From the NCBI GenBank assembly GCA_951406725.2, contig OX597819.1, positions 7,626,001 to 7,690,000 of the forward strand: a DNA stretch of 64,000 nucleotides, in the 5' to 3' direction. The DNA is from Octopus vulgaris. Taxonomy: Eukaryota. The position numbers were made by a program, and so were the translations under genes. Positions 39,385 to 51,872 of the stretch are shown here, one piece after another; positions within the stretch are counted from its first letter, which is position 1; each line of letters begins with the position of its first letter. The notes under the pieces were generated by a model. The model did not search any database. It was not told where the DNA came from and saw only the letters and a list, made by a program, of their open reading frames with translations.

Positions 39385-41059
39385 TATTTTACACACCGAG
39401 TTCAAATCCCGCCGAGGTCAATTTTGCTTTTCGCTCATTCTGAGTCGATAAATAAAGTACGAGTTGTGTATGGTGGATTGCGTTCTGGCGATACCAACTC
39501 CAAACTGTATCGATCCCTTGGCTTTCCATTGGGCAATATCGATAACATACAGAGGTGAGACCAACGTGCATGGGCAACTGCCCAGGGTAACTCCAAAGAG
39601 AAACTTTCTATTACTTCACAGACACGTTTCACCGTCGTTTGAGTAGGGTGTAATTAACGAGTGTTTCGTCGTTGTTGTTTAGCACCAGATTAGAACTGAT
39701 CAAGCATATCTATAGCCTAAAAGCATTCCAAGCGTGACCATCCTTTCATAAGGCAACCATAATATATTTAGGACATCATTATCTAATGTATTTTGTATAA
39801 CAATGTATTGACGTAATGTACTGAGGAGCACTTTGTGCAATATATTCTCTATAGTAATGTATTTAGTCATAATTTACATTACATAATTACACTACACTGA
39901 GTAACACAATTTTTGCCCTGGGGTAGCAGATGTTTTTTCCTATTTGCTTACTCCTAGAGAGTATGGAAAATAGCTAATATTTCCTTCAAATTTTGCTTTT
40001 GTTACATTTATTCAAACCCCAAAGCAACCCTCTCAGCGCATGGCTATGATGCTCCCCCACTATTCCTGCTCATGATCAGAGATACACACATTGTCAGCCA
40101 CTAAGGGACGTGTTCGAGTGGCTAGATAGCAATCAAAAGAAATGACTACCATTACCCACAAACTTTACTTTTGTGTCCTGGACATCAATGTTTTGAAACT
40201 GACGTATTTTCCATTACATTTCAGACAGATTCACCGCTGAGTTTTTGAAGCAGAAATACTGTTATTGCATATATTCTGCTCGATACTACAAATTTGCTTG
40301 TCAGTCGCCTGACCGTAACCACTCGAACACTGACACCCTTAGTGGCTGACAATATGTGTATCTCTGATCATGAGCAAGGAATAGTGGGGGAGCATCATAG
40401 CCATGCGCTGAGAGGGTTGCTTTGGGGTTTGAATAAATGTAACAAAAGCAAAATTGGAAGGAAATATTAGCTGTTTTCCATACTCTCTAGGAGTAAGCAA
40501 ATAGGAAAAAACATCTGCTACCCCAGGGCAAAAATTGTGTTACTCAGTGTAGTGTTATTATGTAATGTAAATTATGACTAAATACATTACTATAGAGAAT
40601 ATATTGCACAAAGTGCTCCTCAGTACATTACGTCAATACATTGTTATACAAAATACATTAGATAATGATGTCCTAAATATATTATGGTTGCCTTATGAAA
40701 GGATGGTCACGCTTGGAATGCTTTTAGGCTATAGATATGCTTGATCAGTTCTAATCTGGTGCTAAACAACAACGACGAAACACTCGTTAATTACACCCTA
40801 CTCAAACGACGGTGAAACGTGTCTGTGAAGTAATAGAAAGTTTCTCTTTGGAGTTACCCTGGGCAGTTGCCCATGCACGTTGGTCTCACCTCTGTATGTT
40901 ATCGATAATGCCCAATGGAAAGCCAAGGGATCGATACAGTTTGGAGTTGGTATCGCCAGAACGCAATCCACCATACACAACTCGTACTTTATTTATCGAC
41001 TCAGAATGAGCGAAAAGCAAAATTGACCTCGGCGGGATTTGAACTTGGTGTGTAAAATA
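39385..41059. repeat. Large inverted repeat: ~740-bp arms, 197-bp spacer
   Basis: 39385-40121 is the reverse complement of 40319-41059 with few differences. ORFs 39464-39646(+) and 40798-40980(-) are near-identical. Confidence 0.95.
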
Positions 41060-43068
41060 AATTAAATAAAATAAAGACCAGTAGTAAACTGTAATTGAAT
41101 CTGCCATTTAGACTTCTCTCCAACAAAACAACAATAACAATTGGCTGTATAATTGCCTAAAAATACCGGCATGGTTTTAACTTCGTTTGTTGTAGTTGCT
41201 ATTGTTGCGGCTGCTACTGTGTCTGTTATTGTTGTTGCTGCTGCTGCTGCTGCTGTTGATTCTGTTTCTGCTAGTGCTTTTGTTACAGTTTATTACATTG
41301 ACAGATCACAATGTCACATTGATTAACATCTCCGCTTTATCACTGATTCTTGCTTGTTAACCATTGAGAAACTGTGGTCGAGTGGGTGGGTAAGAAAGAG
41401 AGAGAGAGAGTGAGGGCGGGGGGGGGGGGGAAAATAAAAGCTGATGAAAAGTAAGAGTAGTAGAACGGTTGAGAGCAGGAATGTGTTCTCATAAACGAAT
41501 TGGTGCAATAGTTTAATATACCTGTTCGGAAATTCTTCGTTGTTTTTACTAGCCTTTTGTAAAAGTTATGGTGTGTTGTGACACAGTCAAGCAGCAAATA
41601 CAATAAGCATACGTTTGATTAAAGCTCATCGAAGCAAACAAAGAATTGCTCGAAAGTTTCCTCTTCCGCTCCCAAACACCACCGCCCGTGTTTAAACATC
41701 TTTCTACAACAATTCTCTTTGCTTGTTTTCTTTCTATCTACCTATTTCTCTGATACTTTTTCTTTTTCTTTTTTTGTTGTCATATCCTCTTTTATATGTC
41801 GGACGAGGTCGGCCGTACTCAGAAGTGAATTGTACTTGCTTCCTCGATTGGCCGAGACTACATTTCTGCTCGCTCTTGTCTTTGTCAAACGAAATGGAAC
41901 ACCGCTCCCCGCATCAATGGAGCAATAAGGTAACACAGACTTCGGAATGCTTGCGTCCATTTCCCAACTATATATTTATATTTTCTTACCTTTCATTCAA
42001 AAAGAAAATACCATTTTTTCTTGGTTCACGATTTCATAAGTATTGTTCCATCCCGCATTTTGTCATTTCCTATCATTGTATAACTTTAATCTTTATTATT
42101 CAAAGTTATTATTTAAAGAATTTCAGATAATTTATTATTGGTTCTGGTTTATAATTCCTTGGTGAAATATGACTTTTTCATTTGTTTACTGACCTTATAT
42201 TTCTCTCAACATATTCATTATATCCTATTTTCCACAACCTTCTTTTTTAAAGCGTCAAGTTTCTTTATACAATAATTTCGCTTCACAAATAAGTGGTTTC
42301 GGGTTCGAACTTCTGGTCATCCGAATACTTGCCAGCAAAATTTAGTGGAAGAAAACTGAGTAGGAGCCGTTGAAAGAATTTTTTCTGCATTTGAGTTGTA
42401 AACTTCAGCTGTGATCCGATTAAACACAACCACCTGATCTTTGCGTGCCTTTAATAGGGTAATTTTATATAAAAAATCCGAACCTCTCTTTCGGTCATGG
42501 GATAACTTCTCTCTTTCTCCTATCAGTTTTGGAAGTTCTGGAAAGGATGATGGGCGTTGCCGTATCTCTTTTGGCTAAGCTTTAAAAAAATCATTATCTT
42601 TACAGCAATAGGAATTTAGATTATAAAGAAGTGGATTGGTGAAACCTATACCTGTGACATTAGCGATCAAAAGGAAGCAAGTAAGCATTTATTGGCAGTG
42701 CCAAAACTAAGTGCCAGAATCAGCTCAAGTGCCTCTCTCTATCTCTCTCTCTCTCTCCCCCCCTCTCTCACTCTCTGCTTCCTTCTTTCCCACTCGATAA
42801 ATATTCTACCCTTTCTAGCTACGTCCTTTCCTCATCTGGTAGGCGTCGTAAACTGCCCTAGATCATATATAAAGGGCGACTTCTTATGTACTATTTATAT
42901 TTTGAAATATGATAACTGAAAAAGATGTTGTGTAAAAGATGAATGCCTTTTTATTCATTACGCAATGATCTGAAACACGTGTATTGAAAGCATTTAATAT
43001 ATCATTACTTGGTTTGACTTCATTAGTTTTTCAACAAGAGTCAGAGTGTACAATACCTTTGTGACTTT

Positions 43069-43506
43069 GATCCTTCTGTATGGATGCGAGACCTGGACTC
43101 CTACAGCTGACCTGGAACTAAGAATCTTGACATTTTAGCACAAGTGCTTCAGAAGGCTATTACACATCCGGTACACTGAACACAAAACGAACATGTTTGT
43201 CAGGTAACAAGTTAACAAATACGCTGTAAGGAACCACTCCTTGTGCAGGTAAAGAGACGGAAGCTTGCCTGGCACGGTCATGTATCCCGCCACAACTCTC
43301 TGTCCAAATCCACTCTTCAGGACACAGTTAAGGGAGGGCGAAAGAGAGGCAAACAGAGAAAATCCTGGTTTGACAACACCAATGTTTGGGCAGGTCACAA
43401 CACAGCGAACCTGCTGCGCATGACAGTGGCGACGGCTGACAATGGAAGTTTTCTAGTGTGACACCCCCAACGACTGGCTGCATCAGGGATTTTGATGATG
43501 ATGACG
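43069..43506 (+). mobile_element. RTE-clade LINE 3' fragment (second family)
   Basis: Reads LLYGCETWT...KCFRRLLHIRYTEHKTN...KRRKLAWHGHVSR...GGRKRGKQRKSWFDN, followed by a (GAT)n tail. Confidence 0.85.
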
Positions 43507-43530
43507 ATCAGATTCATAATTTATACATAT

Positions 43531-43688
43531 AGCAGGAGTGGCTGTGTGGTAAGTAGCTTGCTAACCAACCACATGGTTCCGGGTTCAGTCCCACTGCGTG
43601 GCACCTTGGGCAAGTGTCTTCTACTATAGACTCGGGCCGACCAAAGCCTTGTGAGTGGATTTGGTAGATGGAAACTGAAAGAAGCCCG

Positions 43689-43749
<61 letters not shown>

Positions 43750-43976
43750 TGTGTGTGTTTGTGTGTCTGTATTTGTCCCCCTAGCATTGCTTGACAACCG
43801 ATGCTGGTGTGTTTATGTCCCCGTTACTTAGCGGTTCGGCAAAAGAGACCGATAAAATAAGTACTGGGCTTACAAAAGAATAAGTCCCGGGGTCGAGTTG
43901 CTCGATTAAAGGCGGTGCTCCAGCATGGCCGCAGTCAAATGACTGAAACAAGTAAAAGAGTAAAAAGAGAAAAGAG
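43531..43976 (+). mobile_element. SINE family 1 copy
   Basis: Match to 1517-1925, with a long (TA)n. Confidence 0.9.
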
Positions 43977-43989
43977 TATAATATGCATG

Positions 43990-45794
43990 CAGGGTGTTCG
44001 GGCTAAATATGATTTTTGTCTCCTTTTTACAGGAAGAGTCAACAGCGTTGGAAACCATAAAGATTAATGCTGTAGTTAAGAAAAAGTTAGCTCTTATGGA
44101 GGACTGGAAATCATTTAAATATCGGGAAGGAGTTTCTTGAGATCTTTGTGGTTTTCGTCTCTTTACAATTATCTTTAAAAATGTTTTTTTTTTTTATGTG
44201 TATCATATAGATGTAATTTTTGATGCTGAATCCGAATTTGGTATTTATTTATTCCAGAAAAATTTTGCAAACATATTACAGGTGTTCAAAGTTTGATAAT
44301 TTTCAGAATTTTCAGCCAGCCAGAAAACAGCGCGTTTGCTGCCTCTTCCATCATCAGGGCGGGGGAAACTAGCTACACGAGCAAATTAAATATTCAAAAG
44401 CTATGAACAAACAAACCAACAGGAGTTGCTAGAAATAACAGTCAAAACATTAAAATATACACAAGCAAAGTTGATATTAAAACATTCGCGAGCAAATTAA
44501 ATATTTAAAAGCTACAAACAAGCGAACAGAAGTTGCTAGAAATAACAGTCAAAACATCGTTTAAAACAAACATTTATTAAAAAATTTCGAGAACGAAAGT
44601 TTGCAATACACTCTCGGATTTTATAAAATAAATTATCTTTCTCGTATCTCCTTCACATAGATTCACAAATATAAGAGACAACCATGCCCAGGTACTTTCA
44701 ATTTATTGAGTATGAGTCCCATCTGTTATGAAAACAATTATAGAACAAGTGGTGGTTACACTCCTTGTGCGCATGCGCAGCATCTTTGGTTCTTATGGAA
44801 ACAAAGTTCTTCGCAATCAGCGATGGAACAGTGGTGCTTCTGTGCTTTGGTTACTATAGAAACAGACTTCGCCACGGTGATGTGTAAAATACTCGCTTCT
44901 TATTGGCTAAAATACCCAAATTTTGCAAATTTGAAAGGATAATAAGTTTTTTAATTATAGATTTATACGAAAAATGAATTCCCTTTTCATAGTTAGTATA
45001 CAAAACTTAATCCATATACCAAATTTGAAAACAATTGGAACAAAATTGTAAACTGACGAAAACCACAAAGAACCGTTTCTTGTATCGTGATGATTCGCAC
45101 CGGGTATCAACATCATGGCTTCTGCTTAATGCACTGTGAACACTGTGAAGGCTGTAAGATGTGACAGGGACAGCTGCAACAAAGACTACGAAGCCGTGGC
45201 CAGAAGGAAGGGACGCAACAGGTGTTCTGACTGCGATCCCACGCCGGAATTCGTCTTCACATCTTTGAACGGGGCCTAAGCTCAGTTCCAGCGGCGGCGG
45301 CTGCTGGCTGTGATCAATGTCTGCTTGGAGAAGGGTTGCTACTGGAAGGTAATATGTATAACAGTAGGATTCAGCTTCTTGCCAAACCTCCGGAAAGAAT
45401 CAGAACTGGTTATTAGAAAATTTCTGCGATTCCAACAGCCCCAATTTCTAACTTCCCAATTCCTGCAACTGTAATCCCATGGGTTACTATGTATGGGGTT
45501 GAGAAAAATCACCGACCGCTCTGCCTGCAACACTAATGCTAAGCTGGTGGCCAAGATCAAGGAGATGTTCGAAGATCTTCCCAGGAATACAGTGAGGAAC
45601 ATATGCACCAAGTTCCGAAGCTGATGGGAAAGTCGAGGCCGATGGGGAAGCTAAGGCGACTACTTTGAGCAAACTGTTATCTCCCATCCAGAATCTAGTT
45701 GATATCTGATTTTAAAAAAAATACTTTTATTTTTGGATGAGATGTGTTTTCTTTTCTTTTTATGCAAACTCTCAAATTTAGCCCGAACACCCTT
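43990..45794 (+). mobile_element. Internally deleted Tc1/mariner-superfamily element with TIRs
   Basis: TIRs AGGGTGTTCGGGCTAAAT / ATTTAGCCCGAACACCCT. Decayed transposase pieces QQDSA...NWL...CNPMGYYVWG at ~45360-45670. Confidence 0.75.
44140..45074. mobile_element. Nested non-autonomous DNA transposon with 8-bp TSD (Merlin- or hAT-like)
   Basis: TIRs TCTTTGTGGTTTTCGTC / GACGAAAACCACAAAGA; TSD gtttcttg at 44132-44139 and 45075-45082. Confidence 0.75.
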
Positions 45795-45803
45795 TATATA
45801 ATA

Positions 45804-46196
45804 CTAGCAGTATCGCCCGGCGTTGCTCGGGTTTGTAAGGGAAATAACTATATAAGCATTTTTAGAGATGTAAAGTATAATAGCCATCTCAATATGGCTA
45901 ACCACAAAGGGGGGGGGTGTTACTGTAGCTTTTTACGTTCTGAGATTAATATAAATTTTTAGAGAGTTACTTCCCTTATATATGCTAAAAATGCATTAAA
46001 AATGGGAAAAATTGATGGTAAATTTTTTTTTAAATCGTAGACTTATCGTAGACGTGCGCTTATACCCAGAAGGGTATATGAATCACGACTATAAGATACC
46101 CGGTTTTGGTTAAACTGCACCGCAAAATGTGGGAGTAGTTAGGAATCTAAATCGTAGGAGACAGACAGCACACAACCTCACTTTTATATATAAAGA
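45804..46196 (-). mobile_element. Non-autonomous Helitron
   Basis: Same termini as 5359-5744. Confidence 0.85.
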
Positions 46197-46595
46197 TATA
46201 TGTAATATATACCTACTATATCTTTTAACTTTTACTTGTTTCAGTCGTTTGACTGCAACCATACTGAGGCACCGCTTTTTTTCAGTCGAATGAATCGACC
46301 CCAGTATTTATTTTTTTAAGCTTGGTACTTATTCTACGTTTTTTTTTGCCGTACCGCTAAGTTACGGGCACGTAAACACACCAACACTGGCTGTCAAGCG
46401 GTGGTGGGGGATAAACACAAACACACACAGACAAACAGAAAGACAGACAGACAGACAGACACACACACAATTTCCGTCCACCAAATCCACTTACAAGTTC
46501 TTTGGTCGGCCCGAGGCTATAATAGAAGATACCTACCTAAGGTGCCATGCAGTAGAACTGAACCTGGAACCATGTGGCTGGGAAGCAAGCTTCTT

Positions 46596-48528
46596 TATTT
46601 CATTAAATTGGCCATAAAGGCCTTACAAAGAGAAGCTTGTGGGCTGGACATGGACAAGATGAGATGAAATGAAACAAAATGATACGGATGAGAGGGATGT
46701 CGGCGCCCACCGACCGACAAACGCTCGAATACAAAGTTTCTGAACAAAGTTTCTTATAACAATTCTCTTTGTCAGGTACCCCAAGCCAAGTGACTTGCCG
46801 CCTGCAGACAACTCTGCATCGACAAGTCGGGGCCCGCAAAGAGGAAAGCAAATTCTTCCTTGTCAAAAGTCGCTGTGACCGTTGACAAAATTTTTTCAGT
46901 TACTACCTCCGCAGCCACCTGCTGCGGAGACCATATCGGACTACTTGAGCAGACCGAGTACACACGTTCTCGGTCACCCATGCCGTCCAAAAATTTACAC
47001 ACCGTCCCTCCCTCGTGGTAAAGGAGGAGAAACACCTCCTCTTCACAGGAAGGGACCTCACACTGCTCCGTCAGTGGCACACTTCCCACTGACGGAGCCC
47101 TATCCGCAGGTGGCACACATCCCACCTACGGCTTTGTCAGCGGCCCAGGAACATCCGCCGACCATTCTCTGCTCCTCTTCTTCCTCTTTCTTTTTGAGGC
47201 TGCGGGATCAGGGGGCTGCGCCGAGAGACACGGGGGTCACTACCCTCCTCCGCCGCCTGAACATTCTTTGGTGAGCAACCATTGTTGCTCACCTTTCTTT
47301 TTCTTTTCGTGGAGGCAGCTTCCTCCACGACTTCCACCGTCTCCCCCTCCAATGAGGGGGCAGCGGGCACCTTCTCTTTCTCATGCTCCAGGGCCCCACC
47401 ACGCCACCCTGGACAGTTCCTTTTGATATGGCCAGGCTCCAGGCACAGGTGACACTTGGGGTAGGCGTCCCTCAAGTATCACCGGGTACCTGTACCCGGC
47501 CATTTTCAGGAAATCCGGAAACATCATGTCTCCCAAGACTACCGGGGTCCACAGGGTCAAAGTTGCCTTTGACCCCTCTCAGTCGACCGCGGGAGTAATC
47601 GTCACACTCAATAGCCTGGGCCCGCTATCCCCCAGGCCTCGCCGGATGGTCTTCTCGATCCATCCCGCCATCGTGCCCGAGGGCAGCCCGCACACCCAGG
47701 CTCTTCTTATCTTCCTCCCACAATAAGTTGGGAGGAACAAAATTTCTTCTCCCTCAAGGGACTCGCTGGCAAATTTTCCAGCTTCCTCGGGGGTACCAAA
47801 CAGCAACCACACCGTTGCAAATTTGGTCCCCCGTGAAATAAATTTTATAGTTGGCAGAAAGTCTGCCAACTCTTTCTCTATTACGCTCTTGTCGAAGAGG
47901 GCGATGGCACCATACGACTTAGAATAGGTCCGTAGTACCACCGTCCTCTTCTCAAGATCTTTAATCCACTGTTTGGGTGGGACCACCTCCCACTCCAAAG
48001 CAACGGCACCGTTTATTTTTGCCATGTGCAAAAGAAAGTCTTAAGAGTTCCAAAAAAAGTCCAAAGGTCAAGAGAATGTAAAAAAGGTACAAAAAAAAAG
48101 TAAGTCCAAAAATTAATTAGCAGTTCAAAAGAAAAGAAAAAATCAGAATGGATAAACGGAAAATAAAAAAAAAACAGTTCACACAGCAAAAATCCAATTG
48201 GCCAACAGGTAATCCCGGCCTAATGTGGATAGGTTCCTTGGCATAAATCTCTTTTGTTGTATTCGGGCGAGGATACGCCCCACCAAAAATGAATCCAATA
48301 AATTCTCAATACACAAAAACAGCAGCCGCCGAGAGCAGGCGAAATTGTCCCAGAGCTAGGCACAATTTACTGAAAAAATAATTCGCAATAAATTATGCCC
48401 AGCTCACAACAAACAATCAGCTACCTCGACAACCTTCTCTGTTTTTGTTCTTTTTTCTTTTTAGGACGGAGCTCAAAGCTCACGTCCTCACCGTTCAGTG
48501 TCAAGAAGTCAACTCCACGACCGGAACC
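46596..48528 (-). mobile_element. ORF1-only non-LTR retroelement (HAL1-like) inserted in a family 1 SINE
   Basis: 15-bp TSD ggaagcaag(c/t)ttctt at 46581-46595 and 48529-48543. Disrupted ORF ~48031-46772 with CCHC knuckle CHLCLEPGHIKRNC. AATAAA at the 3' junction. No EN or RT motifs seen. Confidence 0.75.
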
Positions 48529-48569
48529 GGAAGCAAGTTTCTTACTACACAGCCATGTATACATACTTT

Positions 48570-49660
48570 GACAGGTGATCACTGAATTTTAATTTGTTTT
48601 AGATTTAACCCATTTGAAATAATGGGTTAGAAAGAAACCAGACTAAGCTTTTGAACAAAGTAAATTTAACCTATAGCGTCCCTGGAAAATTGAAAACGTA
48701 GTCGAAGTGCAAAGTCACCGTAGGAGGATGTTTCAAACTGATGCACATTCGCGACTTACCATCACTCGAATTAGAGATAAGTTTGAAGCAGATGGAATTG
48801 TTCATAATGTCCACAAACGACGTTCCGGAAGATCGTGGATATCGCCGAGCCTCAGAAAGCAAGAAGGCTTACTAGAAACGTATTGCCAGTGTTTACGAAA
48901 ATCGGTGCTGCAAACGAGTCGTGATAGAAGAATTTAAAAATCAAGCGTCCATCGCATTTTGAAGCGTCGTCATTGGAAAAATTGCATCCCAAGAATAGTC
49001 CATGCTCTCAGTGAAGCTGGTTTAGACCGAAAAATGGTGTTTGGCAAAATGTGTTGAAGGTGAATTCTCTCCAAGAAAATTATTCGGAGTGATGAGGTTA
49101 CATTTAAATTAAATGGCTCAAGTAAGGATCCCACCTGCACCTGCTGCGGACTTGAGAGCCTGGATATTACGAAGAAATATCATGTTAATTTACTAGGTGT
49201 CACAATATGGTGCAGCTTATGAAAACAATTAGATCATCCTCTTTTAACTGTAGTGTGACTAGAACCATTTACTCGAAATTAATGCGATATTCTGTCATGG
49301 CAAGCATTCAAGAAGGCTTTGAAGATGTGTTGTTTATTTCCAGCAAGATGAGGCACCTCCTCATTGTCATAGTAATGTTAAGGTCTGCCGCTATGAGATT
49401 TTGTCAAACAGGTAGATTGAACGAAAAGGTTCAATAGAATATTTCCTGCGTTTACCAGACCTCACAACGCTAGAATTTTTGTTATTGGGATACTTAAACG
49501 ATAAAGTTTAGGGTATAAAGCCGGTAACAGTTAGCAAATTGAATACAACCATTGAACAAGAATGCGCACAAATACTGAACAAAATGCTGTTTTGATGTTT
49601 GCGATTGTTTTACTTTACGTTAACAGCAATGCCTGGACCAGAATGATCTGTTCATAGGAA
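48570..49660 (+). pseudogene. Decayed Tc1/mariner-superfamily (maT/DD37D-like) transposase
   Basis: Frameshifted motifs KFEADG.V....RSGR, SDE.TFKLNG, FQQDEAPPH, PDLTTLEFLLLGYL. Confidence 0.75.
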
Positions 49661-50105
49661 AAAAAAATTCTGTCATGGTTCCGGGATCAGTCACACTGCG
49701 AGGCACCGTGGGCAAGTGAGTGTCTTCTGTTATATTCTCAGGCTGAGCAAAGCCTTGTAAGCGGATTTGGTAGATGGAAATTGATAAAAGACCATCATAT
49801 GTGTGAGTGGGTGTGTAGGTGTGTGTGTGTGAATCTGAGTGTATGTATATGTATCTAGATGTGCGTGGTTCTGTGTTTCTGTTTGTCCTCCTCACTGCAT
49901 GATAACCGGTACTGGTTTGTTGATACCCCCGCAATTTAGCGATTCGGTAATTGTGACCAAGAGAATAAGTAATAGGATTTAAAAAGGAATAAGTACTGGG
50001 GTCGATTCGTTGGACTAAAACCTTTCAAGGAGTTGCGGCAGCACGACCGCTGTCCAATGACCGAAACAAGTAAAAGATAAAATATATGTGTATATATATA
50101 TATAG

Positions 50106-50287
50106 TTAATCCAAACAAGAAAACACAGAAAAAAAAAGAGAAAAAAACACAGCAACGCAGGACGTGGAACAATTAAAGTATTATTGACGCTCAGGAAAGA
50201 AGGGAAGGAGGGTTTAACGTTTCGAGCGGAGCTCTTCGTCGGAAACAAGGAGAAGGAAAGATCCCAAGAAGGGAAGACAGAGGAAAA
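50106..50287 (-). mobile_element. Second copy of the hammerhead-like-motif repeat (cf. 3796-4020)
   Basis: Minus strand gttt-CCGACGAA-GAGC-tcc-GCTC-GAAACGTT-aaac at 50212-50246; 3' end abuts (TA)n. Confidence 0.55.
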
Positions 50288-50374
50288 GATATTTGAGCTG
50301 GTGGTGCTCAAGAGATCACATGTTGAAAGCGTGTAGTAGCTAACGATCTATCATGGCGTATATATGCATATATA

Positions 50375-51673
50375 TCAGTTTGGTAAGAAAGTTCTTGGAC
50401 ACTTTTAAGATATCACTTTATTAACAACTAGCAGTATCGCCCGGCGTTGCTCGGGTTTGTAAGGGAAATAACTATATAAGCATTTTTAGAGAGTTATAGC
50501 CAAAAAATAGCAAAAAAAAAAATGCATTAAAAATGGAAAAAAAATGATGGTAATTTTTTTTTATCGTAGACATTTTTAGAGAGTTGCTTCCCTTATATAA
50601 TAGCGAAAAAATGCATTAAAATTGAAAAAAATGATGGTAAATTTTTTTTAAAATCGAAGACTCATCGTAGACGCGCGCTAATACCCAGAAGGGCTCGATA
50701 TGAATCACGACTATAAGATACCCGGTTTTGGTTAAACTGCACCGCAAAATGTGGGAGTAGTTAGGAATCTTAATCGTAGGAGACAGACACACAACTTGAC
50801 TTTTACATATAAAGATTAAAAAAACAACAACAAAGAACAATCGATCTAAAAGGTAATCACCCACGTTATCGATCATCTGTTGCCATCTTTCAGGCGAAAT
50901 TTTGAATCCTTTCATCAAAAAATCGCGGGCTTTGAATCAATAAAGTCGTAAAGGAACGATTTCACATCTTCTTCGTTTTCGAACTCTGTATCGCCAATCA
51001 CGTGTTGCAAGGCAGAGAATAAGTGGTAGTCAGAAGGGGCAAGGTCAGGAGAATACGGTGGATGCACGATAATCTCCCCGCCCGCCTCCTTCAGCTACTC
51101 TGACGTCTTCTTTGCACCATGTGCTGGGGAGTTGTCTTGGTAGTAAATTATCTTATTCAAATTTGAGCGTTTTTCGGCCAGGACGATCTTTAGACGGTCG
51201 ATTTGTTCGCAGTAGACATCCTTGTCAACAATGGTATTGAGTGGGAGAAGATCTAACATGATCACACCACGGCAGCCCCACCAAACTGAGATCATAATCT
51301 TCTTTTGCAAAAGCGGTCCTTTTGTCGAAGGTTTTGGTTGTTGACCTTTGCTACACCAGGATCGTCTGCGCCTCCCGTTGGAAAACAGTACCCACTTTCC
51401 ATCCATAGTGATTACTGGCTCCAACCAATCGAATCTTCGGCTTCGTCACTGCAGACTTTGGACATGCAGTGACACGTGCTTGTTTGTTCGCTTCATTCAG
51501 TTCATGTGGCAACCATTTCCCAAGTTTGCTGACCTTGCCGAGCCGATGCAGGTGGTTGATGATCGCGACATGGGAGACGCCGAACTGTACCGCAAGTTGG
51601 CGTGCAGTTTGCATTCGACCGGCTTCAATGACTTGTAACAATGACTTGTCCAAGAACTTCCTTACTAATGTAA
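50375..51673 (-). mobile_element. Mariner element (5'-deleted, DD34D-type) with TIRs, interrupted by a Helitron
   Basis: TIRs GTAAGRAAGTTCTTGGAC at 50375-50400 and 51648-51673. Motifs [41 protein letters not shown]. Confidence 0.88.
50428..50815 (-). mobile_element. Non-autonomous Helitron (variant with internal duplication)
   Basis: Same structure as 20100-20497. Confidence 0.85.
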
Positions 51674-51821
51674 TATATATATATATATATATATATATAC
51701 ATGAATATATACACATATACGTATATGCATACACACATACATACATACATATAAATATTTACACACACTCACAAAAATGTATGTATGCATGCTTTTATGT
51801 GTGTATGCGTGTGTATATATA

Positions 51822-51872
<51 letters not shown>

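Noticed and set aside
41795-41865. Hammerhead-like CGGACGAGGTCGG...TTGGCCGAGAC
   Set aside because: Two core positions are altered (CGGA, GAGA) and there is no credible stem III.
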